This document shows positions 29,738 through 41,138 of a stretch of 64,000 nt of DNA, in pieces. Made by a program: the position numbers and the translations under genes. The notes below the pieces were generated by a model, which saw nothing but the letters and a program-made list of their open reading frames with translations, made no database searches and was not told where the DNA came from. This stretch comes from Candidatus Latescibacterota bacterium. GTDB lineage: Bacteria; Latescibacterota; UBA2968; GCA-2709665. The first letter of the stretch is position 1. Each line of letters begins with the position of its first letter. The stretch covers positions 4,992,001 to 5,056,000 of the forward strand of contig OZ244937.1 of the NCBI GenBank assembly GCA_965222075.1, read 5' to 3'.

Positions 29738-30391
29738 TCAGTTGTTCAGGGTGAACTTGATCATCTGAGTCATCCGGACTCTGACCGGCTTGTCGTTTTG
29801 CATGGCCGGTTTGAAGAGGAACTGCGCTACCGCGTCTATGGCGGCCTGTCTGAAAATTTCCTGACCCTTGAGGACCTGGATCCTGCTGACGCGCCCGTCT
29901 CTTCCCACCTGGAACCTGAGGAAGACCTTGCCCTCCAGGCCGGCTTTGCGGGCAAGATCGGGATAAACAGGTTTCACTTTCTTGATCGCTACCGGTTTCT
30001 CTTCCACCTTCCAGAACTCAAGAACCTCTTCCTCCGGGGCTGCCGTGGCGCCCGGGGGCGGGGGCGGCGGGAGGTCTACCGGGGCCTGGTCGAAGTCGAG
30101 GTCGGTACTTTCGATTGTGACATCATCGGGCACGTCTTCACTCTCGGTTTCGATTGGGACCGCCGGGCGTGGAGGCGGAGGCGGCCGCTTGATCTGGCGG
30201 GTTTCCGGAATATCATCCATCTGAATGATGACCTGGTCTTTTCTGCCTGCCGTGGCCGAGATATCAAATTCGGGGAAGAGACTGGCCAACAGGACATGCA
30301 GACCAACCGAGGTGGCTGTACAGGTCCAGAAGACTCTGGGATATTTCCTCTTGAGGTCGGCAGCCGGATTTTTCCTTCGGACCATTGCCAT
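29738..30391 (-). CDS. tonB: Energy transducer TonB
   Basis: N-terminal TM, Pro-rich linker, YPDLARKAGLEGKV and FKPA C-terminal domain. Confidence 0.93.
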   Translation of the reverse strand: MAMVRRKNPAADLKRKYPRVFWTCTATSVGLHVLLASLFPEFDISATAGRKDQVIIQMDDIPETRQIKRPPPPPRPAVPIETESEDVPDDVTIESTDLDFDQAPVDLPPPPPPGATAAPEEEVLEFWKVEEKPVAIKKVKPVYPDLARKAGLEGKVFLRFQVGRDGRVSRIQVLKGQEIFRQAAIDAVAQFLFKPAMQNDKPVRVRMTQMIKFTLNN

Positions 30392-30397
30392 AGTTGG

Positions 30398-30808
30398 TTA
30401 CCCCTCTCTTTCGGTTGCAAAGTTGACCCGGAGGGCGTCTGCTTTGCGTAATTCTTCCAGGACTTTGGAAACCAATCCGTAGGGCGCCCTGCGATCGCAT
30501 TTGAGCGAGACAATCAGACGGGGGTTTTTTACACGGCGATCGTAAAAGATCCCCGCCACCTGTTCAATCTTGGCGTCCTTGTCGTCGATAAAAACTTTGC
30601 GGTCGGCAGAAACCCAGATGTAGGAGATGTGCCGGCGCAATTTAATCTCCTCGATCTTTTCGGCCTTGGGCAGGACGATACCGGTTACCCGGTAGCGCAC
30701 AAAGACCGTTGAGACCATAAAAAAGATGAGGAGAAGAAATGCGATATCGGCCATCGAGCTGGTGGGGATGGAGGTTCCTATCGTCGATTTTTTACTAAAA
30801 TCAGGCAT
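30398..30808 (-). CDS. exbD: Biopolymer transport protein ExbD
   Basis: IPTSSMADIAFLLLIFFMV and D..APY motifs. Confidence 0.92.
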   Translation of the reverse strand: MPDFSKKSTIGTSIPTSSMADIAFLLLIFFMVSTVFVRYRVTGIVLPKAEKIEEIKLRRHISYIWVSADRKVFIDDKDAKIEQVAGIFYDRRVKNPRLIVSLKCDRRAPYGLVSKVLEELRKADALRVNFATEREG

Positions 30809-30838
30809 GTACGCGTCTCCTGAGTTCGAACAAGCCTG

Positions 30839-31249
30839 TTATTCGGGCGAGGCAAGGGAGATTCGAGTCGCGCCGGTAAGCTTAACTTCGTCCAGAACGT
30901 CGATAAAATTGGTGTACGGCGTCTCCTCAGCGGCTTTGAGTGAAATGATCAGCTTGTCGTTCTCTTCCAGGCGGCGTTCGATATCGGCGCGGAGCTGGTT
31001 GAGCGGAATCTCCTCCAGGTTGATGAGAATCTGACCGGCCGCGTTGATCCAGATGTTGCAAATGTTCTTTCTCTGAATCTTTTTTTGTTCTCCGGCCGGT
31101 GGGAGCTGCATCCCGATCCCCTTGTCCTGGTTCATCGTGGTGGTTACCAGGAAGAAGACGATCAGGAGGAAGGCGATATCCGCCATTGAGGAAGTGGGGA
31201 TCTCGGGATTGGACTTGTTCCGCCTCGCCAGGTCGCGCTTTTTTGCCAT
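30839..31249 (-). CDS. exbD: Biopolymer transport protein ExbD (second copy)
   Basis: EIPTSSMADIAFLLIVFFLVTT motif. Confidence 0.92.
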   Translation of the reverse strand: MAKKRDLARRNKSNPEIPTSSMADIAFLLIVFFLVTTTMNQDKGIGMQLPPAGEQKKIQRKNICNIWINAAGQILINLEEIPLNQLRADIERRLEENDKLIISLKAAEETPYTNFIDVLDEVKLTGATRISLASPE

Positions 31250-31252
31250 GGT

Positions 31253-31882
31253 CTATTCTCCGTTCTCCTCACCGCTATAGCCGGCCTGGATAAGCTCATC
31301 AATAAACTGGTTGGAACTCTCCTGCATGTCGATGATGATTTTGTCGATCCTGGAGACAAAGAAGTTGTGCAGAGCCTGGATTGGGATTGCGATGAGAAGC
31401 CCGGAGGCCGTCGTAATCAGCGCTTCGGAGATACCGCCAGCCACAATGCTGGGCTCCACGTCACCGGCGTCGGCAATCGCTTCGAAGGCGTTGATCATCC
31501 CGCTTACGGTACCGAGGAATCCGAGCAGGGGGGCAATGTTGGCGACCGTGGAAAGCCAGACCATGCCCCTTTCCAGGAAGGCCATCTCAATGGTGCCCGA
31601 CTCCTCGATGGCCTTTTCCGAGTGTTCGAGGCCCCGGTCCAGACTGAGAACACCGGCGTGGAGCACTGACGCAACCGGCCCTCGAGTGTTGGAAAAGACC
31701 TCTGCAGCGCCTTCCGGGCCCCCCCATCTAAAAGCTTGCTGGACTTCTATAAAAAAGAACTTCACATTGATCCCTGCCCAAGTCAGCGTCCAAAGGCGCT
31801 CTATGCCGACTGCGATACCAAATAACAGCATAAGCGCCAGGGGCACCATAAAGGGTCCGCCTTTAACAAACAGTTCGAGCAT
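31253..31882 (-). CDS. exbB: MotA/TolQ/ExbB proton channel protein
   Basis: APLLGFLGTVSGMI and GISEALITTASGL motifs. Confidence 0.93.
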   Translation of the reverse strand: MLELFVKGGPFMVPLALMLLFGIAVGIERLWTLTWAGINVKFFFIEVQQAFRWGGPEGAAEVFSNTRGPVASVLHAGVLSLDRGLEHSEKAIEESGTIEMAFLERGMVWLSTVANIAPLLGFLGTVSGMINAFEAIADAGDVEPSIVAGGISEALITTASGLLIAIPIQALHNFFVSRIDKIIIDMQESSNQFIDELIQAGYSGEENGE

Positions 31883-32082
31883 ACCGTTATGTCCTCCCTA
31901 TGCGTATAAAAGTTATCATCTTTCAGCTGTCTCACCCTTTCTGAAAAACAGCCACTGGTATCATCCCACGCGCTGGACGCTGGGACGGGTCTCTCGATAT
32001 ATCCGACCTGCCTGTGCGTAGCGCGCAGGTGTCCGCACGCCTGCCTGGCGCCAGGCTGGATAAGCCGAAGCCTGTCCAAACT

Positions 32083-32655
32083 TTAGTACAGAGTATCCAA
32101 CCACCCCAATACCATCCATACGATGGTCATAAAAATTCCGATTAACACCAGACACAACCACCACCAAACCCATTTCTGCTGAGCACTTCGAAAGTGTTCA
32201 ATGCTGTGCCACCGCGCATTCTGCCATGCCCACTCACTACCTCTTGCTCCCATTATCAATGCTATTGCTATGTAGACCACACCAGCTATTGCACCGCCCA
32301 CGAGCGCTCCCAGTATCAATGTTATTACTATGCCGACTACAGGAACCAGACAGAGCAAGGCAATATAGGTTCTGTTGCCCAATCCCCATATCCAATTCAT
32401 TAAGAAGGCACCCCAGTTCCACTTCTTGATTTCGTCCGGAACTACCGACGATTTTCCTTTTCCAGAGAGGTTTTCCGGGATTCTAACCTGGATTTCATAT
32501 CCTATCCTGATTTTGTCTAAAACGGCAGGTTTAACCCCCAGTTTGTCGGCCGCTGGCACCAATCCCTGATTTTGAATGAGGTTAGCGATTTCAGAGACCG
32601 TTGGCCCTCCCGGAAGTGCAGCAATTGTTGTGGAGTCGTTAATTTCTTTATTCAT
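32083..32655 (-). CDS. Hypothetical membrane protein (WNWGAF motif family)
   Basis: EIKKWNWGAFLMNWIWGLGN...G.EWAW with several TM helices; lower GC than its neighbours. Confidence 0.75.
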   Translation of the reverse strand: MNKEINDSTTIAALPGGPTVSEIANLIQNQGLVPAADKLGVKPAVLDKIRIGYEIQVRIPENLSGKGKSSVVPDEIKKWNWGAFLMNWIWGLGNRTYIALLCLVPVVGIVITLILGALVGGAIAGVVYIAIALIMGARGSEWAWQNARWHSIEHFRSAQQKWVWWWLCLVLIGIFMTIVWMVLGWLDTLY

Positions 32656-32760
32656 TCTTCATATCCTTTCTCCATAGGCCACAGAACGGACGCTAAATTG
32701 GATTTTCTGAGGTTTTGAGGCTACCGGTTCAAATATCCTTAGTGTAACGAGTTATTATCA

Positions 32761-33966
32761 CTATTTTTTCCCCTTGATGTCTACCTCCTCGCTACTTTTC
32801 TTTTTCTTTTTGAAGAACTCCTGCAGTTTCTTCTGCTCTTCTGTCAGCGGCGGATTGATCTCGTCGAGCATCCGCTGGGCGTTTCCGCTCCACTGCGGAT
32901 CGCGTTTCGCTTTCTCGTAAGATCTCAGGGCCCGAACGGAGTCTTGCTTGGACCTGGATTTTTTCCAACGGTTGAAGAAGTGACTGCCCTTCATGTAGTT
33001 GAGTTTTCCATTCCCCGGATCAAGCTTGAGGCCCCGGTTGACCATGGTGATGGCCCCGGTTGCATCGGCCAGTTGTTCAACCACCACCAGGTTGTCGGGC
33101 TGGAGCTGGAGCATTTTATTTAAAATTCGGACCTGAAACCTTTTGGACTTGTTCAGTTTCTTTCCGAGCGTGAGGAGATTTTCAAGGTAGAGGTAATTCT
33201 CGGGGTCGTGGGCGTGGAGTTTTTCGTAAGCGCCAAATGCCTTCTGAAGCATCTCTCGTTGCTGGTATATATTGGCCAGCGTCTCAAGGGTCGCAAAATC
33301 CTTCGGGTCCATCTCAATGAGCTTCTCCATCTCCTTCAGGGCCTCATCCTCTTCCCCCGTATGCAGGGCCAGCTTTGCGATTGTATCCTGTATTTCGGGG
33401 TTGTCCGGTTCCAATTCGCCCCAGCGGCGGGCGTACTGCAGGGCCAACTCGTACTCGCTCTCTTCAATATAGAGGCTCACCAGAGAATGCAGGTAGTGGA
33501 TCTCCTGCTCTTGCGCGGGAGATAAGCCAAGCAGAATATTATATGTCTCAATGGCTGCCGACCGGTTTTCCTGTATCAGATAGAGTTGAGCGAGATACGT
33601 ATAGGCAATTTTGGTATTTTTGCTCTGAGGCGCCAGCTCCGTTGACTTTTCGAACCAGGAGACTGCCTCGTCATAATGCTCGAGTTCGTTACGAAGCCTG
33701 CCCAGGTAATAGGCCGTCTTCGCATTTTTCTGGTTATAGTTCCAGGACTTGGTCAGTTGTACTTCCGCATCTTCATATTGTTTGCTCATCAAATATCTGT
33801 GGCCAAATAAGAGATGTTGGCTGGATAGCACGGCCGAATCGGCGGCCGCCAATTTGGGCTCGGCGTTTTCTTTCTCTTTCTTTTTTGCCGCGACCGATGA
33901 GACGTCTCCCAGAATCAGGAGCCCGCACCAAAGGCCGACCAACCCAAATCGTATTTTGGGTTTCAT
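32761..33966 (-). CDS. Secreted TPR-repeat protein
   Basis: Signal peptide (MKPKIRFGLVGLWCGLL...VAA) and multiple TPRs. Start chosen at 33966 after GGGGAG. Confidence 0.85.
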   Translation of the reverse strand: MKPKIRFGLVGLWCGLLILGDVSSVAAKKKEKENAEPKLAAADSAVLSSQHLLFGHRYLMSKQYEDAEVQLTKSWNYNQKNAKTAYYLGRLRNELEHYDEAVSWFEKSTELAPQSKNTKIAYTYLAQLYLIQENRSAAIETYNILLGLSPAQEQEIHYLHSLVSLYIEESEYELALQYARRWGELEPDNPEIQDTIAKLALHTGEEDEALKEMEKLIEMDPKDFATLETLANIYQQREMLQKAFGAYEKLHAHDPENYLYLENLLTLGKKLNKSKRFQVRILNKMLQLQPDNLVVVEQLADATGAITMVNRGLKLDPGNGKLNYMKGSHFFNRWKKSRSKQDSVRALRSYEKAKRDPQWSGNAQRMLDEINPPLTEEQKKLQEFFKKKKKSSEEVDIKGKK

Positions 33967-34241
33967 TGCGTTTACACTCCCCAATGGCCGATCCATCCTG
34001 GACGTTGTTTGAAAAAGGTTCGTTAAGCCTGTAAAAGTCCTATCATTAAAGGTCATTAAGGGGTCTGGAATCTTATGAATGTTGAAATCTAATGAATAGA
34101 AATATATATGTCAAGATAAAATCCACCCCATCTATATTTTTACCACATTTGAACGGCGGGGAGTCGGAAAAAGTTCCTTTTTATCGCCTTTAAAATAGGA
34201 CTAAAACCTGAAATTTCAATATATTATTGATATTTCCAATA

Positions 34242-34817
34242 CTATTTAAGTTTGGCGAACCGGGCGGCTTTGGGTTTGGGAGGGCCAATACGGTCGAGCC
34301 TTTGGTCCACCTCCGCACGCCGGTTTGCCGCCCTGTTCAGGTTCTGGATGAGACGCTCGGCGGCCGGGGAGCGGGCCCCTTTTTCCATAAAATGAGCGGG
34401 TATTCCCGCCAGTTCCCGGAGGAGTTTCCCCTCCCCGAGCAGGAGTTCAACGGTCTCGCTCTGGAGCCAGGCAATGTCGAGATAGGCGTTGAAGTGAGAT
34501 TCCCGGGTGAGGAGGAGGCCTTCCACCTCATCCAGCGTGGCTGTGGAATCTTGAGGAGGGGAGGAGGCTTCCGAAAGCCGCTGAAAGGCGGCCAGGGCCT
34601 CTCTAATCCGGTCGTCCGTGCGGTCTCGCCGTTCTTCTGCCTCAAGGAGCGACTGAACGACCTCGTCTCGGATGGGCAGGGCGCGTGTGGATTTCCGCCG
34701 CTGCCGCTGCTGCCGCTGTCTCTGGCGGGCTATGACGTAATTGAGGATCTGGTCTCCCTTCAACCATGCCAGCAAGATAGGCCCGACAACCAGAAAGATG
34801 GGGTAGAAAATCTGCAT
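34242..34817 (-). CDS. Hypothetical protein with N-terminal TM and coiled coil
   Basis: 191-aa ORF downstream of a consensus-like promoter. Confidence 0.65.
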   Translation of the reverse strand: MQIFYPIFLVVGPILLAWLKGDQILNYVIARQRQRQQRQRRKSTRALPIRDEVVQSLLEAEERRDRTDDRIREALAAFQRLSEASSPPQDSTATLDEVEGLLLTRESHFNAYLDIAWLQSETVELLLGEGKLLRELAGIPAHFMEKGARSPAAERLIQNLNRAANRRAEVDQRLDRIGPPKPKAARFAKLK

Positions 34818-34873
34818 TATGTTTCTTTCGCCGCAACAACCTGGCGTTCACGATAATAGGGCATTTTAAAGAA

Positions 34874-34902
34874 AGTATAACTTGTGAATAAAGGCGTGTC
34901 AA
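34874..34902 (-). promoter_or_regulatory. Sigma70 promoter
   Basis: TTGACA-17 bp-TATACT. Confidence 0.7.
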
Positions 34903-34974
34903 TAGAATTTTTAAATTGGAGGGGGAGGACCTGTGATTCGGTGGTGGAGAGTTGGGCGATTGGCGAAAAGGAAG

Positions 34975-35003
34975 TTGACAAAGATTGGGGGAGTCTGTAT
35001 ATT
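34975..35003 (+). promoter_or_regulatory. Sigma70 promoter about 235 bp upstream of guaB
   Basis: TTGACA-17 bp-TATATT. Confidence 0.65.
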
Positions 35004-35157
35004 TGTCTCTTAGTCATGATTGACATCCGGTTTTTGGACCGATACCAAGAGGCCTGGATGGTCATCATATTATCTTCGTGTTATCATGCCTTCAACGTAA
35101 GGAGGCTGGCCCCGCCGATTATGGGCCCCGGGGAGGTGTGTGTCCCGGCTTTTATGA

Positions 35158-35190
35158 CCCCTTGATGCGCGTGCGTCAAGGGGATTTTTT
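35158..35190 (+). terminator. Intrinsic terminator within the guaB leader
   Basis: CCCCTTGATGC-GCGT-GCGTCAAGGGG followed by ATTTTTT. Confidence 0.7.
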
Positions 35191-35235
35191 GTATCTGATC
35201 GCAGACAAACAGGTTTCCAGGTCATCAAATAATAG

Positions 35236-36720
<1,485 letters not shown>

Positions 36721-36821
36721 ACGTGAAACGTTCCACCCTGCCTCACCCCCGAAATCCGGAAGCCAGGGTTTTGGGGAAGGGTGGAGGGGGCGTTTGCCTT
36801 TTCAGGTTTTCTATTTAGGGG

Positions 36822-37955
36822 ATGAGTATGCCGATTGAGGTTGACCGCATTCGGGCGGAGTTTCCGGTTGTCCGGAAATGGATTTATATGAACCATGCCG
36901 GCATCGCGCCGATTTCGCAGTCGGTTTATCGGGCGATGAACGGGTACCTCCGGGATGTGGCGAGCAACGGGATGACGGAAGTAGAGGCCTGGCGGAAGGC
37001 CGAGGTCCGGACCCGGAAGCTGGCCGCACGTTTGATCGGGGCACGGCCTTCGGAGATCGCTTTCGTGAAGAATACGACCGAAGGCATCCTGGCCGTGGCC
37101 AACGGGCTGCGCTGGCGTTCCGGAGACAGTGTGGTGATTGCCGACCGGGGGTTTCCGGCCAATGTGTATCCGTGGCTGAACTTAGCCTCTCGAGGGGTGG
37201 AGACGCGGATGGTCCCGGAGGTGGACGGCCGCATCCGGCTGGAGGATCTCTTAGGCGCAGTGGAAGAACACACGCGCGTCATTTCCATCAGTTCGGTGGA
37301 GTTTGCCAGTGGGTTTCGCCACGATCTGAAGACGATCGGCGCCTTCTGCAAAGACCGCGATATTCTCTTTTTTGTGGATGCGATTCAAAGTCTGGGGGCG
37401 CTTGGGCTGGACGTGGCCGAAGCGGCGATCGATTTTGCCTCGGCCGATGCGCACAAGTGGCTGCTGGGGCCGGAGGGTACCGGCATTTTTTTCTGTTCTC
37501 GTCGGGCGATGAAGCGACTCAGGGTGGTCAATTTGGGATGGGCAAGTGTGGTGAATCCAAGGGATTTTCTGTCGTACGATACTACGCCTTTGTCCGATGC
37601 GCAGCGATTTGAGTGCGGCACGCTAAACAGGGTGGGTATGTACGGCCTGAAGGCCTGTTTCGATTTGATTCACACGACCGGGATAGAAGAGATCGAAGCG
37701 CGGGTGTTGATGCTTACCGACCAGCTTTGCGCTGGACTTGAAGAGAAGGGATACACGGTGGTCAGTTCCCGGCGGCCTGAAGAGAAGTCTGGTATTGTGG
37801 TGCTCCGGCATTCTGACATCACATCCGAAGCCCTGTATGAGAAGTTGTATGAGGCGAATATTGTGGGTGCTGTGCGTGGGGGTGGGCTCAGGTTATCTCC
37901 ACATTTTTATAATACCGAGGAAGAGGTCGATCGGGTTTTGGATGTGTTGCCGTAG
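36822..37955 (+). CDS. Class V PLP aminotransferase (cysteine desulfurase/selenocysteine lyase-like)
   Basis: NTTEG, VDAIQ, HKWLLGP and RLSPHFYN motifs. Confidence 0.9.
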   Translation: MSMPIEVDRIRAEFPVVRKWIYMNHAGIAPISQSVYRAMNGYLRDVASNGMTEVEAWRKAEVRTRKLAARLIGARPSEIAFVKNTTEGILAVANGLRWRSGDSVVIADRGFPANVYPWLNLASRGVETRMVPEVDGRIRLEDLLGAVEEHTRVISISSVEFASGFRHDLKTIGAFCKDRDILFFVDAIQSLGALGLDVAEAAIDFASADAHKWLLGPEGTGIFFCSRRAMKRLRVVNLGWASVVNPRDFLSYDTTPLSDAQRFECGTLNRVGMYGLKACFDLIHTTGIEEIEARVLMLTDQLCAGLEEKGYTVVSSRRPEEKSGIVVLRHSDITSEALYEKLYEANIVGAVRGGGLRLSPHFYNTEEEVDRVLDVLP

Positions 37956-37977
37956 ATAAACGCTGTGGATAGAAGCG

Positions 37978-38004
37978 CCGTAGGGCCTCCCCTACGGTTT
38001 TTTT
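37978..38004 (+). terminator. Intrinsic terminator
   Basis: CCGTAGGG-CCTC-CCCTACGG followed by a T tract. Confidence 0.75.
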
Positions 38005-38496
38005 GTTCAGGGTCGTCGGTTTTTGCTGCGTGAAGGAGGTGCGCATAAGAGAACGCCCACACGAACTGTTCAAGGAGGGTTCTGTTAACGCAAGTCGGAT
38101 CGATACAACCGGGTAGATGTCGGCGGTGCAAGCGAATTGAATGCTTGTGTTTTGTTTGAGCAGAAAAAATCGAAAAATGAAGATTAGTCTTGATTCTTTG
38201 CCTGGAACGTTCTTATATTTTGGTTTAGATCGCAAAGTTATTAAGGACCAATGCTGGGTATCCGACCTGCCTGCCACGAAGTCTCTGGCAGGCCTGCAGC
38301 AGGCAGGTGCAGAGGACTGATAGATTAAAGAGGTATAATAGGGGATCGAGCAGGGCTGACGTTTCCATAGATTATCCTCCTTATTGATGTGTCTCAGTAT
38401 TGAAGGATAATCTAACGCGTCCTGCTCATTTCTTATAGCTCTTTCTCACGGAATTGTCCAAAGTTTAGTAATCTTTATCGTAAGGAGGTGAACGCG

Positions 38497-38949
38497 ATGC
38501 CGGCTGCCAGGAAGGCTAAGAAGGCTGCTAAGAAGGCTGCTAAGAAGGCTGCCAGGAAAGCTAAGAAGGCTGCTAAGAAGGCTGCTAAGAAGGCTGCCAG
38601 GAAAGCTAAGAAGGCTGCCAGGAAGGCTGCCAGGAAGGCTAAGAAGGCTGCTAAGAAGGCTACCAGGAAGGTTGCCGAGAAGCCCGTCGAGAAGGTTGCC
38701 AGGAAGGTTGCCAAGAAGCCCGTCGAGAAGGTTGCCAAGAAGGTTGCCAAGAAGGCTACCAAGAAGGTTGCCAAGAAGGCTACCAAGAAGGCTACCAAGA
38801 AGGCTACCAAGAAGGCTACTAAGAAGGTTGCCAGGAAGGCAAGAAGGCTGCCAGGAAGCCTGCCAGGAAGCCTGCCAGGAAGCCTGCCAGGAAGGCTAAG
38901 AAGGCTGCCAGGAAGCCTGCCAGGAAGGCTAAGAAGGCTTAAAAGATAG
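38497..38949 (+). CDS. Histone H1-like (Hc2/AlgP-type) Lys/Ala-rich protein; apparent 1-bp frameshift near 38841
   Basis: AAGGAGGTG SD and (KKAA/RKAA/KKVA/KKAT)n. Restoring one base gives a ...ARKPARKAKKA* ending at 38942. Confidence 0.8.
   Translation: MPAARKAKKAAKKAAKKAARKAKKAAKKAAKKAARKAKKAARKAARKAKKAAKKATRKVAEKPVEKVARKVAKKPVEKVAKKVAKKATKKVAKKATKKATKKATKKATKKVARKARRLPGSLPGSLPGSLPGRLRRLPGSLPGRLRRLKR
38503..38940 (+). repeat. Degenerate 12-bp (plus 9-bp) coding tandem repeat A(A/G)GAAGG(C/T)T(G/A)C(C/T)
   Basis: Directly visible tandem array. Confidence 0.95.
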
Positions 38950-39068
38950 AACACTTCTGGCCTGTGCTGTTTGCCTCCCGTGAGTGGGAGCGGTCTCTCC
39001 CCTATGTTTAAGATCGGTAGCTGGCGAGAAGTTCCCTTCTGTCGTACGAGGTATGGAGGTGGGAGATA

Positions 39069-39251
39069 TTGTCAAGAGTTGTGGATGAGAAGAAGAAGGT
39101 GGCGCGGGTGACCTATCTGCCGGCTCAGACCGACCTCTCTAAGATGGAGCTGGCCGTGGCCCGGGTCGGTTACGGTGCGAACGATACCAAGGCCGACGTC
39201 AAGGCCTATGCCGACCTTCCCGGTTGCTGCAAGCTGCCGGATAAGAAATAG
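39069..39251 (+). pseudogene. C-terminal fragment of a heavy-metal-associated (HMA) domain protein
   Basis: VDEKKKVARVTY...AVARVGY...AYADLPGCCK. The N-terminal CxxC half is missing. Confidence 0.6.
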
Positions 39252-39253
39252 GC

Positions 39254-39694
39254 ATGTCCCAGGAGACAGGGTGTCATTCCGGAGAGGATGTGCGGGCGAT
39301 TGACGACCTCCTGCAGCGCTTGGAAGAAGCGGTTGCCCGGGGGGATCCGGAGGCCTTGGCCGCCCTGCTCTGCAGGGAAGTGAGCGCCGTCTTTTCCGGA
39401 ACGTCCGAACCGGTTCGGGGTCGAGAGGCCGTGCTTGCAACCTGGAAGCGGCATATGGCCCAGTGGTCGGAGGTTCGAATTGCCCGGCGGCATACTGTTG
39501 TGCGTATCCACAGCGATGTGGCCTGGGGGAGTTTTATGTGGGATGGCGAGGGCCGGGTGGATGGGAAATGCTACCGGCTGGAGGACGAGCGGTGGACGGT
39601 TGTGATGCTGTGGGAAGATGGTGGGTGGCGGCTGGCGCAGACGCATACGTCCATGCCCTATCGCAACTGGGAGTCGCACCGGGTAGACGGGTAG
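39254..39694 (+). CDS. NTF2/SnoaL-like (DUF4440) protein
   Basis: RGDPEALAAL, VRGREAV and RWTVV...GGWRLAQTHTS motifs. Confidence 0.8.
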   Translation: MSQETGCHSGEDVRAIDDLLQRLEEAVARGDPEALAALLCREVSAVFSGTSEPVRGREAVLATWKRHMAQWSEVRIARRHTVVRIHSDVAWGSFMWDGEGRVDGKCYRLEDERWTVVMLWEDGGWRLAQTHTSMPYRNWESHRVDG

Positions 39695-39894
39695 ATGACA
39701 GGCACCTTTTTGCTTGTATTTCGGTTTTATCTAAGGCCTCTTCTGCTGGCGGAAAGGGCTATTTTATTTGGTGAGTACGGATACCCCTGTGCGCTGTTCT
39801 TGTCTTTCGCTGCGGTGTATGTTATTTTGCCATCGTTCAAAACAGCGACTCCCGATTCAAACCAATCGACTCTGACCGAGAGATCGGGACTCAT

Positions 39895-41016
39895 ATGGAT
39901 TTTTTACCGGAGACGATTCTGCAGTTTGGCGGGGGGAATTTCCTCCGGGCGTTTGTCGACCTGTTCGTGCACGAGGCGAACCAGTCCGGGCAAGCGGTGG
40001 GGCGCGTGGTTGTGGTACAGTCGACTGAGAGCAACCGTGCGGAACTGCTCAATGTCCAGGGCGGGCGATACCACGTGGTGATCCGGGGGCTGGTGGGTGG
40101 GGAGGGGGTCAATCGGGCGCAGGCGGTGGAGAGTATCAGCCGGGCGCTGGTGGCAAAGACGGAGTGGGAAGAGGTGCTGGATGTGGGGCGGTCTCCGGAG
40201 TTGCGCTGGATTGTTTCCAATGCGACCGAGGCGGGTTATGCGCTGGATGCGGATGACCGTGCGGAGGGTGGGGCGCCGGGGTCGTTTCCGGCCAAGCTGC
40301 TGCTGGTGCTTAGCGCGCGGTTCAAGGCCGGAGGGGCAGGGGTGACGGTTCTGCCGTGTGAACTGGTCGAACAGAACGGCGATCGGTTGCTGGACCTGGT
40401 CCTGGAGCAGGCGCAGGTCTGGGGGATTGCGGGCGCTCTGACCGATTGGCTGCGGCATGAGGTACGCTGGCTGAATACGCTGGTGGACCGGATCGTGAGC
40501 GGGAGGCCGGAGGGACACCCGCTGCTGGGGAAGGATGCGCTGCTGACGGTGGCCGAGCCGTTCGCGCTGTGGGTGATTGAGGAGAAGGGAGAGGCCGCGC
40601 CCCTTTTCCACCATCCCGCGCTCCAGCGGGTTGGGGATGTGCGGCCGTTTTCGCTTCGGAAGGTGCGGATTCTCAACGGGGCGCATACGGCGCTGGTGTG
40701 TAAGGCGCTGCCGCTGGGCATCGAAACGGTTCGGGAGGCGGTGCTGCATCCGGAGATCGGGCCGTGGTTGCGGGCGCTGGTGTTTGAAGAGATCGTGCCC
40801 ACGCTCGAGGGGCGTGTAGAAGGCTCCGGGCGTTTTGCAGAGCAGGTTCTGGAACGGTTTGCCAATCCTTTTTTGAACCACCAGCTGGCCGATATTGCGC
40901 TTCACCATGATGCCAAGGTAAAGGTGCGTGTGATGCCTACGTACGAGGCGTTTGTGGAGGCTTTCGGGCAGAAGCCGGGGCTTCTGGGTGAGATTTTAAG
41001 CAATTACCTGAACTGA
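39895..41016 (+). CDS. uxaB: Altronate (tagaturonate) oxidoreductase, mannitol dehydrogenase family
   Basis: [49 protein letters not shown] and RFANPF motifs. Confidence 0.88.
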   Translation: MDFLPETILQFGGGNFLRAFVDLFVHEANQSGQAVGRVVVVQSTESNRAELLNVQGGRYHVVIRGLVGGEGVNRAQAVESISRALVAKTEWEEVLDVGRSPELRWIVSNATEAGYALDADDRAEGGAPGSFPAKLLLVLSARFKAGGAGVTVLPCELVEQNGDRLLDLVLEQAQVWGIAGALTDWLRHEVRWLNTLVDRIVSGRPEGHPLLGKDALLTVAEPFALWVIEEKGEAAPLFHHPALQRVGDVRPFSLRKVRILNGAHTALVCKALPLGIETVREAVLHPEIGPWLRALVFEEIVPTLEGRVEGSGRFAEQVLERFANPFLNHQLADIALHHDAKVKVRVMPTYEAFVEAFGQKPGLLGEILSNYLN

Positions 41017-41138
41017 AATTCGATCTATGGGAACCGATCAGCGATATCCTATTCCCGCCGGGACTTATCGGACAGAGGAGGAGATTAAACGGAGCCGGTT
41101 TATTACGACTTGGAGGCTCTAAGTTGGGAGGAACGCCT

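Noticed and set aside
34884-35165. Leader-peptide ORF upstream of guaB
   Set aside because: It starts upstream of the predicted promoter and has no convincing SD or regulatory codon run. An RNA-structure explanation is preferred, although an internal short peptide is not excluded.
38503-38940. Possible CRISPR array or non-coding satellite
   Set aside because: There are no unique spacers. The 12-bp period is explained by a Lys/Ala-rich coding frame with a strong SD.
38475-38954. Antisense hydrophobic ORF (FLAA repeats)
   Set aside because: It is the mirror of the histone-like repeat and has no SD.
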